Shown here: piece by piece, positions 37,195 to 50,334 of the stretch
Layout: the number at the start of each line of letters is the position of its first letter
Position numbering within the stretch: the first letter of the stretch is position 1
Assembly (NCBI RefSeq): GCF_009914755.1
Contig: NC_060925.1
Reading direction: 5' to 3' (one strand)
From: the human T2T-CHM13v2.0 reference genome, Homo sapiens
Length of the DNA stretch: 64,000 nucleotides
Position numbers and translations under genes: made by a program
The notes under the pieces: generated by a model
Told to the model about the DNA's origin: nothing
What the model saw: only the letters and a program-made list of their open reading frames with translations
Databases searched by the model: none

Positions 37195-37685
37195 TAGTGT
37201 TTCTTAAATTGTAATGTGCACACCTGGGACTACTGTTCAAGTTCAGATTCTGACTCATTAGGTCTGAGGTAGAGCCTGAGAGTCTGCATTTCTGACAAGC
37301 TCCTAGGTATGCTGGTTCACAGACCACACTTTGAGTAGCAAGGCTCTGGATGACCACAATGTTTATCATTATGCAGATACAAATTTTTGAACTTAAAGCC
37401 CTTCTTTAAAACATGTAAAACTTAGGAAATTATAACATGATTGAAAAATTCATGTAGGTGATTGTGAAATTATATATTAATGTCTAAAGAGTTCCATGAG
37501 TCAAAAAATAAAATAGGTTTGGAAATGCTGAACTTGAGCATCAGTATCATCTGCAAACTTCTTAGAAATGCATATTCTCAGGCCCAACCCCAGAACTTCT
37601 GAATCAGAAATATAGAGGTGAGGCCCATCAATTAACAAGTCCTCCAAGTGAATCTGATGCAGGCTAAAGCTCTGAGAACCACTGC
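37195..37685. mobile_element. Two MER5-like MITE fragments
   Basis: ctgcatttctgacaagctcc...gaccacactttgag; agaaatgcatattctcaggccc...gagaaccactg. Confidence 0.7.
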
Positions 37686-39564
37686 ACTAGAAGGCCAACA
37701 GCTGGTGGCCAGGGCAGATCCAGGAAAGTGGGAGAACACCACTGCTGGAGTCTATTCCCTCCTATTGGTCTTTTGAAGCACAGCAATGTGGGTGACTTAG
37801 AAATCACCTGGCCAAGTAATGACTGGAGGAGAAAGCATTTGCCCAGCAGGACTCTCACTTTTTTTTCATAATCTGCTTTGGAAAGCATCTGGAAAAGAAG
37901 AAGTTTGCTACAAAAGATCTCACTTGCTACTGCCAACAGCTCTGGTAAGTGGGATGAAGTTTGCTAATCTAGACAGTTTACCCCCCTTGTTTGACCCCAA
38001 ACCAGCTACCGATGCTCACTAACCAACACACTCATTTTGTAGAAAAGAAATCCACCAAAAATAATTAAACTTATAAGGATTAACAACAACCACAAAGATT
38101 AATAATACAACCTCTATGGATAGTAAAAAAATTGTAGAGGGAAGGGAAAGGAGGAATGCAAATCAACACCAACAAGGGAGTGAAGACACTGCAATACACT
38201 CATACAATGAAAATACTATACATCAGTGATACATGCTGCATCACAAAATGAAGATTTAAAACAGCTGATGAATACATACAGTATATTATTTACATAAAGT
38301 TTAAAATTATACAAAATAATATATTTCTTATAAATTATGAAATAAGCATATAAAGAAATACATAGGAATGATAAACACCAAGTCTGATACCCCTTGAGAG
38401 GAAGGATGATGCAATAGGCAGTTCTACAGAGAGTGAGCACCTGTGTTCTTATGCAAAGAATGTAATTCTTAATATAAAGAATAAATACGCAATTATCATG
38501 GTTTAGGCATTTGAAATAAGAGGTAGAAATGAAATAACCACAATACTTTTGCTTGAATCATTATGTGTCTTTTTGTAAGTATTGTGATATAAATCATACT
38601 GCTGAAACTTAGGTCTGATCCTGACTCATAAGCAATGTGAAGTCACTGAAGGACTCTAAGAGGAGTAATATAATCCAGATTTATTTTTGATAGATTACAC
38701 TGGCAGTTATTGTGGGGGCAGTAGTGGAGACAATCTTAAGAGGATATTACAAAAGTCCAAGAGAGAGAAGATAAGAGCTTGATTACAGATAAAAGCAACA
38801 GACATAAGGAGACAGAATTCTGCTATTGCAGTATTAGCAGAATAGCAGCAGGACTTGGTGACTGATAAGGAAAATGTAATCCTGGATGATTTTGCAGATT
38901 TCTAGCTTAAAGAATTGGGTAGAAGATGGCACAATTCATCAAGAGAAGGCTTGCAGACAGAAGAGCCAGTTTGAGGGGTGAGATTATTTCAGCTTTGTAT
39001 TTGCAATAAGGGTGGATGAAAATAAACAGAAAATAAGACAATAGAATTAGTGGAGATAAGAGATAAGGGAATCCTCTACTTTTATAGGTAAAATGGTGTT
39101 AATTAAACACAAAGGTCCCTTCCAAAGCATAACTGCTCCTATTTCTGTCCTTTCTGCCAAGAAAGGACAATAGGTTTCAAAATGCACAGCTGCATGACTG
39201 GTATACAAATGACATCACCCAAACAACTCTCATAACAATAAAACATTGCCACCACTCATTGTGTGTACAAATTGAAAGGGTATTTAGAGAAGCTACTTAC
39301 TCCTTGAACATAGTAACTTTTGTCTCCCTTTCCCTGGCTGGGCCCATTACCCAAAGCTGGATCTGTCCTGTGTTCTAGACCTGAAAGAACCATTTGATCA
39401 ACTACTTCTAAAAACCTGATAACAGCCAAGTATGATATTATGTAAGAATAAACACAAGAACTATTTATTCATTCTAGTAACAATCTTGACCTTGAGCAAC
39501 AGTAACTCCCACTAATGCACTTAATACTTATTTATTGTTCCAATTGGCTGTAGCCTATTCCCAG

Positions 39565-42348
39565 AGCCTGGAACATAGGAGTTAAACTGCTGAGCTACCA
39601 TATCAGGGAAATATAGTTCTCTGGAAGGTTTTTTTGAATTTAAAATAAAAAAATTTCAACTGTGCTAATTTCTAGAATCAAACAAATTTGTCACAATTTT
39701 CAAATCCCTCTAAATTAAATTTAATCCCATAAAAATTAAGCCATGGTCCAAGAATTATGCAAAGTTGGGAAAAGCCATATGGAAAAAGGCAAATGTATAG
39801 TATGTGTAATTAGAGCAACCACACAAATGTCTACAAAACTCTGTGGCCTGTCTAGTCTTTGGAATTTAGCCTATTATGACATGAAAAAGCAGGAACTGAT
39901 AAACGGGTAATGATAACACAGCATACCTTCAAGGCATTTTCTCTTATTAATATTTGTATTTCCAGTACCGAGGATAATGAAAAAGGAGAAAATCTTACTC
40001 AATAAGTGGTGAATTAAATAAAGTTCAAAGCAAATAACAGCTATAACTCGGTTACTAAGGTGACAGAAGACAAGGTTATTTCATAACATATTCATCAAGC
40101 ACTTAAGTAGAATCAAAAGCCTCTTTGGGCATATTTCTCCTACAACATAATATTTCAGTTTTAAGTAGTTCTCCAGTAGCCTAAAACTCTTATTTGCTCC
40201 CTATGAATAATATGTGACGTAATCAGTTAACTTTTGCATATCTCACTCACATTTGTCAATCCATTTACCTCTCCCATTTCCTGACCCTGCAAAGAACTAT
40301 ACCAAACCTAAGAGAGTTGAACTTCATATCCCCAAAACACCCAACCTGTGCTTGACTATGCAAAGACTTCTCTTGTTCTGAGCTGTGGAGTTGAAACTTA
40401 GGGTCTGTTGTACTTAAGTCTCCTGAGATTTCAATAACTTTGATCACAAGGTTTAAAAGAGAGGGACTAGGGGAAGCAGAGAATTTCTAAAATAGTCAGT
40501 TCATTCTTTGCCAAAAAATGCACAATAGCTATCAAAATGTGCAGCTGCTTAGCTGGTGAACAAATGACATCACCCAAATGTCATCTGATGCCAGCATTTA
40601 TAGTTTTTAGTGTCCAAAACTTAACTCTTTAACTTTCCCTGAAAACTTGATATTCCTCTTATGTTCCATATCTTGGTAAAGGGTATCACTAATAGCCAAA
40701 CATCTAAGAGATAGATACATCAGAATCATCTTTAACTTTTCCTTTGACCTCTTACTTTGACACTTTTTCAATGCACACCTTATTGCCCTTCTTGCCAATT
40801 TTACGGTTTGTATTAGTTTACTATTTATATTTCCATCTACTTTTATGTCTTAAATCTTAAATATGTAACATTCACTGAATTCTTAAATAAACCTCCTATG
40901 GCATCCATATTACTTAAAAATTTAACAAGTAACAAAGACAACTAGCTCCTTACCTAACAGCCATTCACTAGTTCTTCCTTACTAATAAAACACCTATTCC
41001 ATTGTTATTATTAGTGGTAGCATTGTGCCTACTAAGTAACTACATTTCCCAGACTTCCTTACAGGTATACGTGGCCTGGCCAGTGAAGTGTAAGCAGAAG
41101 TTGTTGAGCAGGACTTCCTAGTAAAACACCTCTAAAGGGAAGTAGACAATCAGTGGACACTCATTTGCTTCTCTTCCTTCCAACCTGGAATGCAAACGTG
41201 ATGGCAGGAGTTGTAGCAATCCAGTGTGACATTGGTTGTGCTCCATTAGTTTTGGACCACCTAGCTCCAGAGAAAGTAAACCTCCATCTTGTTTAAGCCA
41301 ATGTTATTTGAAATTTCTGTCACCAACAGCTAAATGCATCTCCTAATGGACAACGCTTCTCTAATAAAAATTATTATTTTGGTTTCTAAAAAACATACAT
41401 AGCCTAAACACAAAGTCAATGGCACAATGACTTTGGACATTTATCATTTTTGCCATAGCCTGCTTTTACCTATTTTCTTGTAACCATAATCTGAATTTCC
41501 TCCAGTGAAGCACTACTTCCTCATTCTCAAAGCATAAGCTTTAGGTGGAGTTGATGCCAATCCCAGCTCCAAGGATGCGTACATGACTTAGAACTAAACA
41601 ATCATGGGATCCCATCCTCTTGACCATGGAATTGGTTCAGAGATGAACACAGGATCCAACTAATGCCAGTGAGAATCAGGCTCAGTACTCATTTTCAGAA
41701 TCTGGAAGAAGACAGGTTCTTTTGTGAGCTGTGTTTGAACCTGAGAGGATACACTACCTGCAGTTGCTGGTCCCCATCCTTCCTCTACACACAGCCTGTG
41801 GATGAAGTCAACATGAAGGAGGCAGAGCAGAAAGAGAGATAACAGATTCCTAAACTTTTCAGTAATACAAACTAAAAAAAAAAAAATTCATGTTTTTTGC
41901 TTAAACCAGGTTCCTATCCAAAACAAATAAGGAACTTAGATTCCATTTTTTATTTTAAAATAAAGAAAATTACTTCAAAATTTCCTTGCATAAAATGCCA
42001 CAACTCACGTGAAATAAGAGCAGGTTTCCTTACATGTTTCCTCCATGAGACAACTGGCTGCTAGGTAGCAGCTTTTAAAGTGTCTTTTAATTTACATATT
42101 CTCCAATCTCAAACACACAGCCTGGAACACATGAGCTAAACTGCTGAGCTACTATATCAGGGGAATACAGTTCTCTAGAGGTTTTTTAATTTAAAATAAT
42201 AAAACTGCAATTGTACTAATTTCTACAATCAGGCAGAATTTGTCACAGTTTTCAAATCCCACTAAATTAAATTAAATCCCAGAAAAATTAAGTTATGGTA
42301 CAAGAATCATGCAAGTTTAGAAAATCCATATGGAAAAAAGCAAATGTA
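39565..42348. repeat. Dispersed direct repeat of about 230 bp (39565-39797 vs 42119-42348)
   Basis: Co-linear alignment by eye from agcctggaaca to gcaaatgta, roughly 80% identity. Confidence 0.9.
40940..41925 (+). mobile_element. Two old MLT1-type LTR remnants (about 40940-41352 and 41465-41925)
   Basis: ctacatttcccagac...cttgtttaagcca...; gattggttcagagatgaacacagga...ttttgcttaaaccag. Confidence 0.55.
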
Positions 42349-43021
42349 CAGGCCTAGTTCATAAAATGTTCTGTATACCTTCCCTCAGTTGTGTGTATAA
42401 CCAAAGATTTTAAGGAGGGAAGGAATAATAAGGTTATTTTGCTTTTAGATTATTAAACTAGCTACAGAGTTAATTTCTTTGGAAAGAAACAAAATACTAA
42501 TAGACTTTACGTGAAGGCCCTCTCCAAAGAAAACTAATTAAATTCAACTATATTTTAATAACTTTAGCTCACTTTAAAATAAGAATCTTTTCCAAACCCC
42601 ACTCCAAATCTTTGAAAACAGTGTATCTATCTGGCACCACAATCTTTGCCATGAAACCAGTCCTTTTATAGAAATGCAGAGGAAAAGAACTATTTTTGTC
42701 CTTCATTCTAACAAACAATCATGGAATGCAGAATAGAATTGGTGCCTGAAGTTAACCATTGCACAATAATATAATCTCTATAGATACTCTCAAATGTCCA
42801 AATTTGTTTTTTCACTCATTCTTTCTTCTCTTGACCTCTACCTTCCCTTCTCACAGAGTAAACACTGTAGAAATGTATCACCAATCTGTTTAAACTTTAA
42901 TTATTGTTTCATTATTTTATTCTATATCTTGTTAAGGCAGTAAACTTGTTTTTAATGCTCATCATCTTATTGGGTGTTCCAGCAAGAAAAAAAGTATGCC
43001 TCCTGGCTTCAACGTATACAT

Positions 43022-43069
43022 TTTTCTTTCAGAGAAGTTCAGAGCTTTTCTTTCAGAGAAGTTCAGAGC
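43022..43069. repeat. Perfect 24-bp tandem duplication
   Basis: ttttctttcagagaagttcagagc twice. Confidence 0.9.
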
Positions 43070-43580
43070 TTTGCAGCTTTCAGAGCTTCACAGCTCCAAA
43101 ATTACCTGAAATCTAATAATTCATCTAAAACATACTGACACTGATCATATCAATGAGAGATACATTCAAGAATGACAGTTGACCCTAGGTATTGATAAAA
43201 TTATACATGTAACCATATACCCACAGCATGCATCTTAGTTTTATAAATTGAATATTATACTAAATCAACAAAGCTGATTTTCAGTTGTGCCTCATGGGAT
43301 TTAAATTTACTATTTTTTAATCCTACCTAGTATTCAAAATTATCCATATATGCAAGTCTTACTAGAAAAAAAATGTGCATTCTTTAGAACAATCTTAATC
43401 AATGGACCACAAAATTGTTATCTATTTCTGCCTTGAACTGGCTTTGGTGAGCATGCCACGTTGCTGGAACTCATAGATTATTCTGAAAGAGGTCATCAAT
43501 CTCTCCCCAGTCAATCTATTTTTTTTAAAATAGACTTGCTTATATTAAGAACATTAAAAAGATGAATCTTACAACAATAT

Positions 43581-43951
43581 TGATGTGGTTTGGTTCTGTG
43601 TTCCCACCCAAATCTCATCTCAAATTTTAATCCCCATAATCCCCACGTGTCAAGGGAGGGACCTGGTGGGAGGTGACTGTATCATGGGGGCAGTTTCTCC
43701 ACACTTGTTCTTGTGATAGTGAGTGAGTTCTCACGAAATCTGATGGTTTTATAAGTGTTTAGAAGTTCCTCCTTTGTTCTTCTGTCTCTTCTGCCACCTT
43801 GCGAAGAAGGTGCCTGCTTCCCCTGCCACCATGATTGCAAGTTTCCCGAGGCCTCCCAAGCCATGCAGAACTGTGAGTCAGTTAAACCTCCTTTGTTTAT
43901 AAATTACCCAGTCTTGGGTAGTATCCTTACAGCAGTGTGAAAATACGCTAA
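43581..43951 (+). mobile_element. THE1/MST MaLR solo LTR
   Basis: tgatgtggtttgg...cccacccaaatctcatc...gaggcctccc...gaactgtgagtca...aaattacccagtc. Confidence 0.9.
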
Positions 43952-44396
43952 AACTTGGTATTATAATACTTGGTATGCAACTTTAAATGCTCTCTGTAAC
44001 TACAGTATTGTTTTTTGCCTTATTTGATTATTTAAATATTTCATTTGAATATCTTCTTTAAACAACTAAAATATAAGCTTCTTGAAGGGAATATACAGTG
44101 TATACATTCTGCATTCTCTACAGCGCAGGCATTGTGCTCTGCATTTATAAGTCCCCAATTATTATTTATTTAAATTATTAAATATTTCAAACTCTTCTTT
44201 CTCATCAGCAGATCTGACTTCTACATCATGCACATCCCCAAAGATCTAGAGTCTGACAACTGAAACTTTCCACCTGCTAATCAGTAGGTAGTAATTGGTG
44301 AGAATGCTAACATCATTTAGGAAGCTCAAAATGATGTCTATGGCAAATCAAGATTTGCTATCACATAATTAAGATTATGAATAAAGGTAAATTCAT

Positions 44397-44846
44397 TGTG
44401 ATGATTACTGTTATGTGTCAACTTGGCTAGGCCACAGTACTCAGATATTTGTTCAAATACCAGTCTGGATGTTGCTTTGAAGATACTTTGTAGACGAAAT
44501 TAACATTTAAATCAGTAAACTTTGACAAAAGCAGATGACTCTCCATAAATAATTGGGTACGCCTCATTCAATCAGTTAAGAGAATGCAGACTGAAGACCC
44601 ACATGAAAGAGAGGATTCTGCCTCACACCATCTTTTGGCTCAAGCTGCAACATCAGTTCTTCCCTGGGTCTCCAGGCTGCTAGACTACTCTGCAGATTTT
44701 TGACTTGCCAGCCTCTACAGTTGCATGAGCCAATTCCTCTCTCCCTCCCTCCTCCTTCCCTCTGTCTCTCTGTCTCTCTATCTCCCCCCAACCCCTCTCC
44801 ATATATATAATTGATTCTGTTTCTATGAATAACCCCGACTAATACA
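44397..44846 (+). mobile_element. MLT2 (ERVL) solo LTR
   Basis: TG...CA termini (tgtgatg...ctaataca) with perfect 5-bp TSD ttcat. Confidence 0.9.
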
Positions 44847-45094
44847 TTCATTATTCCATAGGATCAGCTACATTTCATGAAACTATAAACCTGATTTAAA
44901 ATACTCTATGAGGCAAGAAGGTTCTGGAGGAAATGATATACCAACCTAAATATAACCACGGCCTAAACTAAGCATGCCAGATCATTATGAAAAGAAGGAA
45001 ATGGATGAAGACAGTTGTATAAAGAATAATTTACAGTATTTAGAATAGAAGTAAGGAAATGGGTAGAAAATAGAGATTGTCCATAATCACCATC

Positions 45095-45625
45095 ATATTT
45101 CTTTGGTTCTATCCATACTGTTTTTTTAACATTTAAAAACCTATAAAATTGTGATTATCTTATAATCACTGTCAAGTGGTTAGTCCTGACACCATTATCA
45201 CTGCTGTACATACACATCAAAATTTGCAGAATCCATGTCAGAAGCTGAAAGAAAAACCCAGAAAATAGTGAAACACCCTTTTAAGAAATGTGGCATCAAC
45301 TCTTGATGGCCAGAGAATGATGTTGTGTGGAAAAACATAGACAATGAGGGCTGAATCAAGAAGAGATTCAGAGGAGTCTGTCTTCCAATGTGAAGAAGTT
45401 TACAGAATGCCTTAATGAATTTATTTTACTTAAATTTTCCCTCTTTTGTATGGATGAAAGTAATGCAATATTTTTTAAACTACCTTTAAAGGGTTCTTTC
45501 AACATGTATAAAATAAAATGGTACTTACTACTAAGAAAGCACTGTTGCATAGTTGAATTTGAAGAGGTTTTTTTAAGTAAATAAAATAATGGTGTGTCTT
45601 ATAACAAACAGGATCTTAGATGTGA
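45095..45625 (+). mobile_element. Tc2/Kanga-like DNA transposon remnant
   Basis: MER104/Kanga-like ends; internal ttttaagaaatgtggcatc...cttgatggc...gatgttgtgtgg resembles the FKKCxI..LDG C-terminal motif of pogo/Tc2 transposases. Confidence 0.5.
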
Positions 45626-48600
45626 TTTTTAAAAAAGAAGTTAATTGGCTATCAAAATTTCTGGAGTGCAACAAAATTTCTAAGGACAACAACAACCACC
45701 TTTTGCCAACTATGCCAACAGTTCTCAAACTTGAATGTGCACAAGAATTTCCTGGAGAATATTACTAGACCCCATCTCCAACTTCTGGTTCAAGGCAGCA
45801 CAATTCATTCAGACCTCATCTTTGGTCAGGGCTGAGAATCTTCATGTGCTTTGACTGGGAAGGATTAGCTCAGGGGGAAAGGGCTGAACCTGCAGAAGGA
45901 GGACACAGTGTCTGCAGCTGCACTGTGGTAGGGGATGCAGTGACTGACTCAGGAATGAGCTAATTCCAAATCCAGTTCTAATATCAACAATCTGCATGGT
46001 AACTGCACAAGGCACTAAGGTTCCCAATTATTAACCTGAAAAAAGAGAAAGTGGAACTAAGACCCCTTTTCACTCTAAAATTCTAAAATTTTTGGCCCCG
46101 TAAAAATAGTATAATTTAGTTGTTCATAATCTAGATAGGTTTTCTAACTCAAGCCCTCACTCAAAATATAACTTTTAACATTCCAGTTAAAACTGGATCC
46201 AAAATGGCAAAATTTCCAAAACGCTGGAATGAGGAGTTCAGCAATTCTTCTCAAAAAACAAAGATAAAACAGCAAAAAAAAAGAGTCAAGAATAATAATT
46301 TCATGACTCTTGAAAATGACGAAAGGCATACAAGAAAGGAAGACACTTTTATTCAAGAAAAACTATTGAACCTGGGGTAAGAACAGTCGGGATGGCATTT
46401 TAACCTGCAGCCGTTCCCACACACCACCACCCTCCAGCTCCATTGGTGCAGTAGTTCTACCACAGTTGGCAAGGTATGAAAACCAGCAACTTTGCTGTGG
46501 GAGGAGACTGACTTAATTTGGAGCAAAGTGTGAAATGCACCATACCCATGGGCTTATAAAAACAATAACAAACTCAGTGGCAAATAATAGTGGATGGCCA
46601 ATATCACAGCTGCCTGTTGTTGTGATACTGGGCCATAATATTATTGGACAAAAAACAAATGGAGTCATGAGTACCAGCTCTCCATCTCACCTAATCCAAA
46701 AATGAGGTTGCCTGCCATCTTTTCTGCTCTCCTTATTCATAACCTCAATTACTGACCCACCAAGAAGATAAGAACTGTACAATGGGAAACAAAGGCAAAG
46801 AAATTATATCTAAATTCATGTTTTGAGTAGACACATTACTTTGGCTAACTAGAAGTATATTTACCTTCTGATTCTCACTTGGGTTCCAGTTAGATGAAAC
46901 TAAAACAGCTAAATTCCAAGCTGAAGAGATTTAATTACAAAGCATAATAGAAAAAAATATATGTGTTGGAAGACTCAAAGTCACCTAGGATACTGACCTG
47001 GAAAACTGTCATTTCTCTTGGTCTCTTTTAACATTGAGACTAGGAAACTGAGGTATCTTTCTCAGCTCATGAGTTCCTTGTTATTATTCCTACATGGAGT
47101 ACTCATCTTATACTGTCAAGGAAAAATGAGAAGCCGACTTCATGATCTAAATCTGTATTATTGTCAAATAGAATTTTCCTTCACCAAAGGTGGTGGTAAC
47201 TTTTAAGGATATCAATAATAAGCATTAAAGTTGTCTAGAGAAGTCTCCCTTCAATATAAAGTTGAAATAAATTCCATGTTCTCAGAATGAGAACATTCTT
47301 ACTTATCACAATGGGAAATAAGAAAACTATACACAAAACTGTAATTTTCCCTTGAATACAGAAATTTCTTCTGAACATAGTAGGTACTCCATAAGTATTT
47401 CTCAAATGAAATTAATAGTTTTAAATAATAGCTGCAAAAAACTACTCAATTTCATTTACAGTTATTTTCTCAAACATGATATTATTAGCAATGTGTCAAG
47501 AACACCATCTGATGATATTCAATGTCAGTATTTTGTGGTTACATTACTTTTCTCAAGTTTACTTTTGGTAAAGTGACCATGTAGGTAATAGAGTAATTTG
47601 GTAAAAAAAAAAATTCAGATTTCCAGAGAGAATACAGGTAGACTAGAATAGGCTACTCATGATGGACAATGGTAAGTTTCTCAGTTTACTCTCTCAATTA
47701 TATTGATTCCAATCAGTGTTACATTACTAAACTTAAAATGTTATTTACAACTAATATCTCATATATCATAAAATTAGATATCACTTTTGTATATATAAAT
47801 CATCACTTTAAGAAGAACTCACTGACTTTAATATTATTAAATTACAAAACTGAGTAGAATAAATTACTCAAGTCAAACTCAAAGCAATTTATTAGTCTCC
47901 TTCTTTGAAGGTGGCCTATAATGTTTGTCTCTCTAGACCATCACTAAAGGGGAACACTCTGGAAAACAATTAGAAAGTATAACAAAAGTCTAAATTATAC
48001 AAAGTGTTTATGCTTTTGATTTGTTAATTCCACTTAGGAATCAATCCTGATAAAATTGTCTAAAATGTTGAAGCACATTTGTGAAGAAGAATGTATGTCA
48101 AGCCATTATTAATAATACCTGTAACTGAAAACAACCTAAAAGTATCCAATAATGAAATTACATAAATTATGATATAGCCAAACAATGGATAATTAAATGG
48201 TCATTAAAATTGAAAATGAAGATCTTTCACTGGTATGGGAAGATGTAATTATTTGAACAAGGATAAGAATGATTCATAATAAATGAAATGATATGTATTT
48301 TACCATGAAAGAATGAATGACAAAGTTGAAGATTTGCTTTAATTTACTAAGCCTAAACAAATATGCCTAAATTAGGATATTATATTCACTGTCTACCTGC
48401 TTCACATGTCACAATTTGTTTTTTGAAAATTCAGGATGTTTTAAAGCAATGATGAAAAGAATCAATTATGAATCATACACCAGGATAAATTTTACTATAC
48501 ATTATTGATAAATCTTAAAATAATCTATAGGATTGGCTACTTCCAAAAGACCCTGATTCCTAATTAGTACACAAGGATTATGATTGTGAATTACATTTTG

Positions 48601-49076
48601 TGTTTATTTTAGTACTTAGAATATTTGCTAAACTACCTCTGAGGTTAACACTTCCAGAGTAAATAAAAATGTAAACTAACTGATTCCAGATTCCAGGAAT
48701 TCAAGCCAAGACTGAGATCATTATGTGAAAATAGCTAGCAGTGAAGTTACAGTACAGGTTATATTTGTATGAGGTGCTATTCACACCCAAATGAGAGAAA
48801 ATTAGGAACATACAGTACACACTGAATTCATTTAAAATATTTTCCCCTTAGAAATGAACAGAAAGAAAGCACACAGACAAAATCCTAGAATCTTTTTTCC
48901 TAATCAGTGTGGAAGCAGTTGGTTTTTCAAGTTCTGATTTCAATTTGGACACGTCAGGTTTGAGATATCAACAGCATGTCCAAGTAGAAAGTCCAAGAAG
49001 TACTTGAAAATTAAAAGATAATTGCTAATTAAGAAAATAAGATGTAGTTTTTCTCCTGTCTACCTTTTAATTGAGG

Positions 49077-49585
49077 GTGTTATCCAAGAGCTCTTAGTTT
49101 GAGGCCCCCAGAAATAAACCTTGATATGAGGATTCAAATAAAAGTAGTTTATTTTGGGAAGTGCTAGAAATACTGGCAGGGGAGCAGGGAAGCAAGACAG
49201 AGTAGGAAAAGCAGCCAATAAAGGGTGTATGATAATGACAGCTTCATGGTGGGTGGCAAGAGCTTAATCCCCTAGGAAAGTCTGGGAACCAGTGTAAAAC
49301 ACACAGCTTCAGAGTTAACCCAACTAGGGTCAACCAGCAGTTGAAGGCTGCTGTGGGTGTGAGGGTGAGTACTAATTCCATGGCAATTCCTGCTCTTCTG
49401 GGAGGGGGAAGGGAATGTAGGGAGGACGCCTGGAAAAGCAAAGGCCTGCAGACTCAAGGCTCCCAGAAGAGTTCTTGAAAGCCTTCAAGCAAAGAAATGC
49501 AGATACTAACACACAGTTGGAAACACAGCATAATGAAGTAAGATACAAGGGATATGGGCAGGACATTGAAGGCATCTACTCAACA
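49077..49585 (-). mobile_element. ERVL-class LTR (LTR33/40/41-like)
   Basis: cccccagaaataaaccttgatatgaggattcaa...gtagtttattttggga...ggggagcagggaag. Confidence 0.6.
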
Positions 49586-50334
49586 CTTATCCCTAAATTA
49601 TATTATTTGTGCCCAAGACTTCAACTATCATTTACCTGATGATAGATCCATTGAGATGTGGCCTTTAAATTCAGCCAACACAGCCTGCCATGGTCCAACT
49701 ATTATATAAACACATATTAAGTATTAGCACTGATTCTTAGCAAGGCCTAAGATCTAGTTTCTATGTGGAGGATTTAGGAATTAAAATCTGTTTGGTGGAT
49801 GTAATTAAATGCTTTGATAAGGCACAGCAAGTACACTATAGTTGATTATATTGTTCATCTGTTGTACTTGCATAGTAGGTATTCCATATTTACTCAGTTT
49901 TTTTGGAGTGATTTTGATAGAGTTGTTGGAGAATGATCCATACATGGTTCACATCCCCAGGATGCCACTCAGTTTCCTACTGCTGGAATCTTTCACTCAC
50001 GGTTAACTCTACTGCACTTGCTGGAGTTTGCTAGCCTCTTGGTTCTGTACTCCATCATTGATCACTTTTGAACCCAGTAGTTTTGCAGGTCATTCAGACT
50101 TACCTTCTAGTTCTTGGCACATAATTCTTGGTTCTCCTTGCTTCTAACGTTTTGATGCCTCTGTTATTGCTAGTAATAAACTCCCCACTTCAGTCTCCCT
50201 GTCCTGTAAAAACAGTCCTAGCCATCTTAATAATAGAATGTAAGACAAAGAAGAATATTGGGAAGAAGGGATTTAGATCATCTATCTCCAGTTCCTAACT
50301 GTTTTCAGAGCCTAGGGCCAAAGATTTTTCATAT

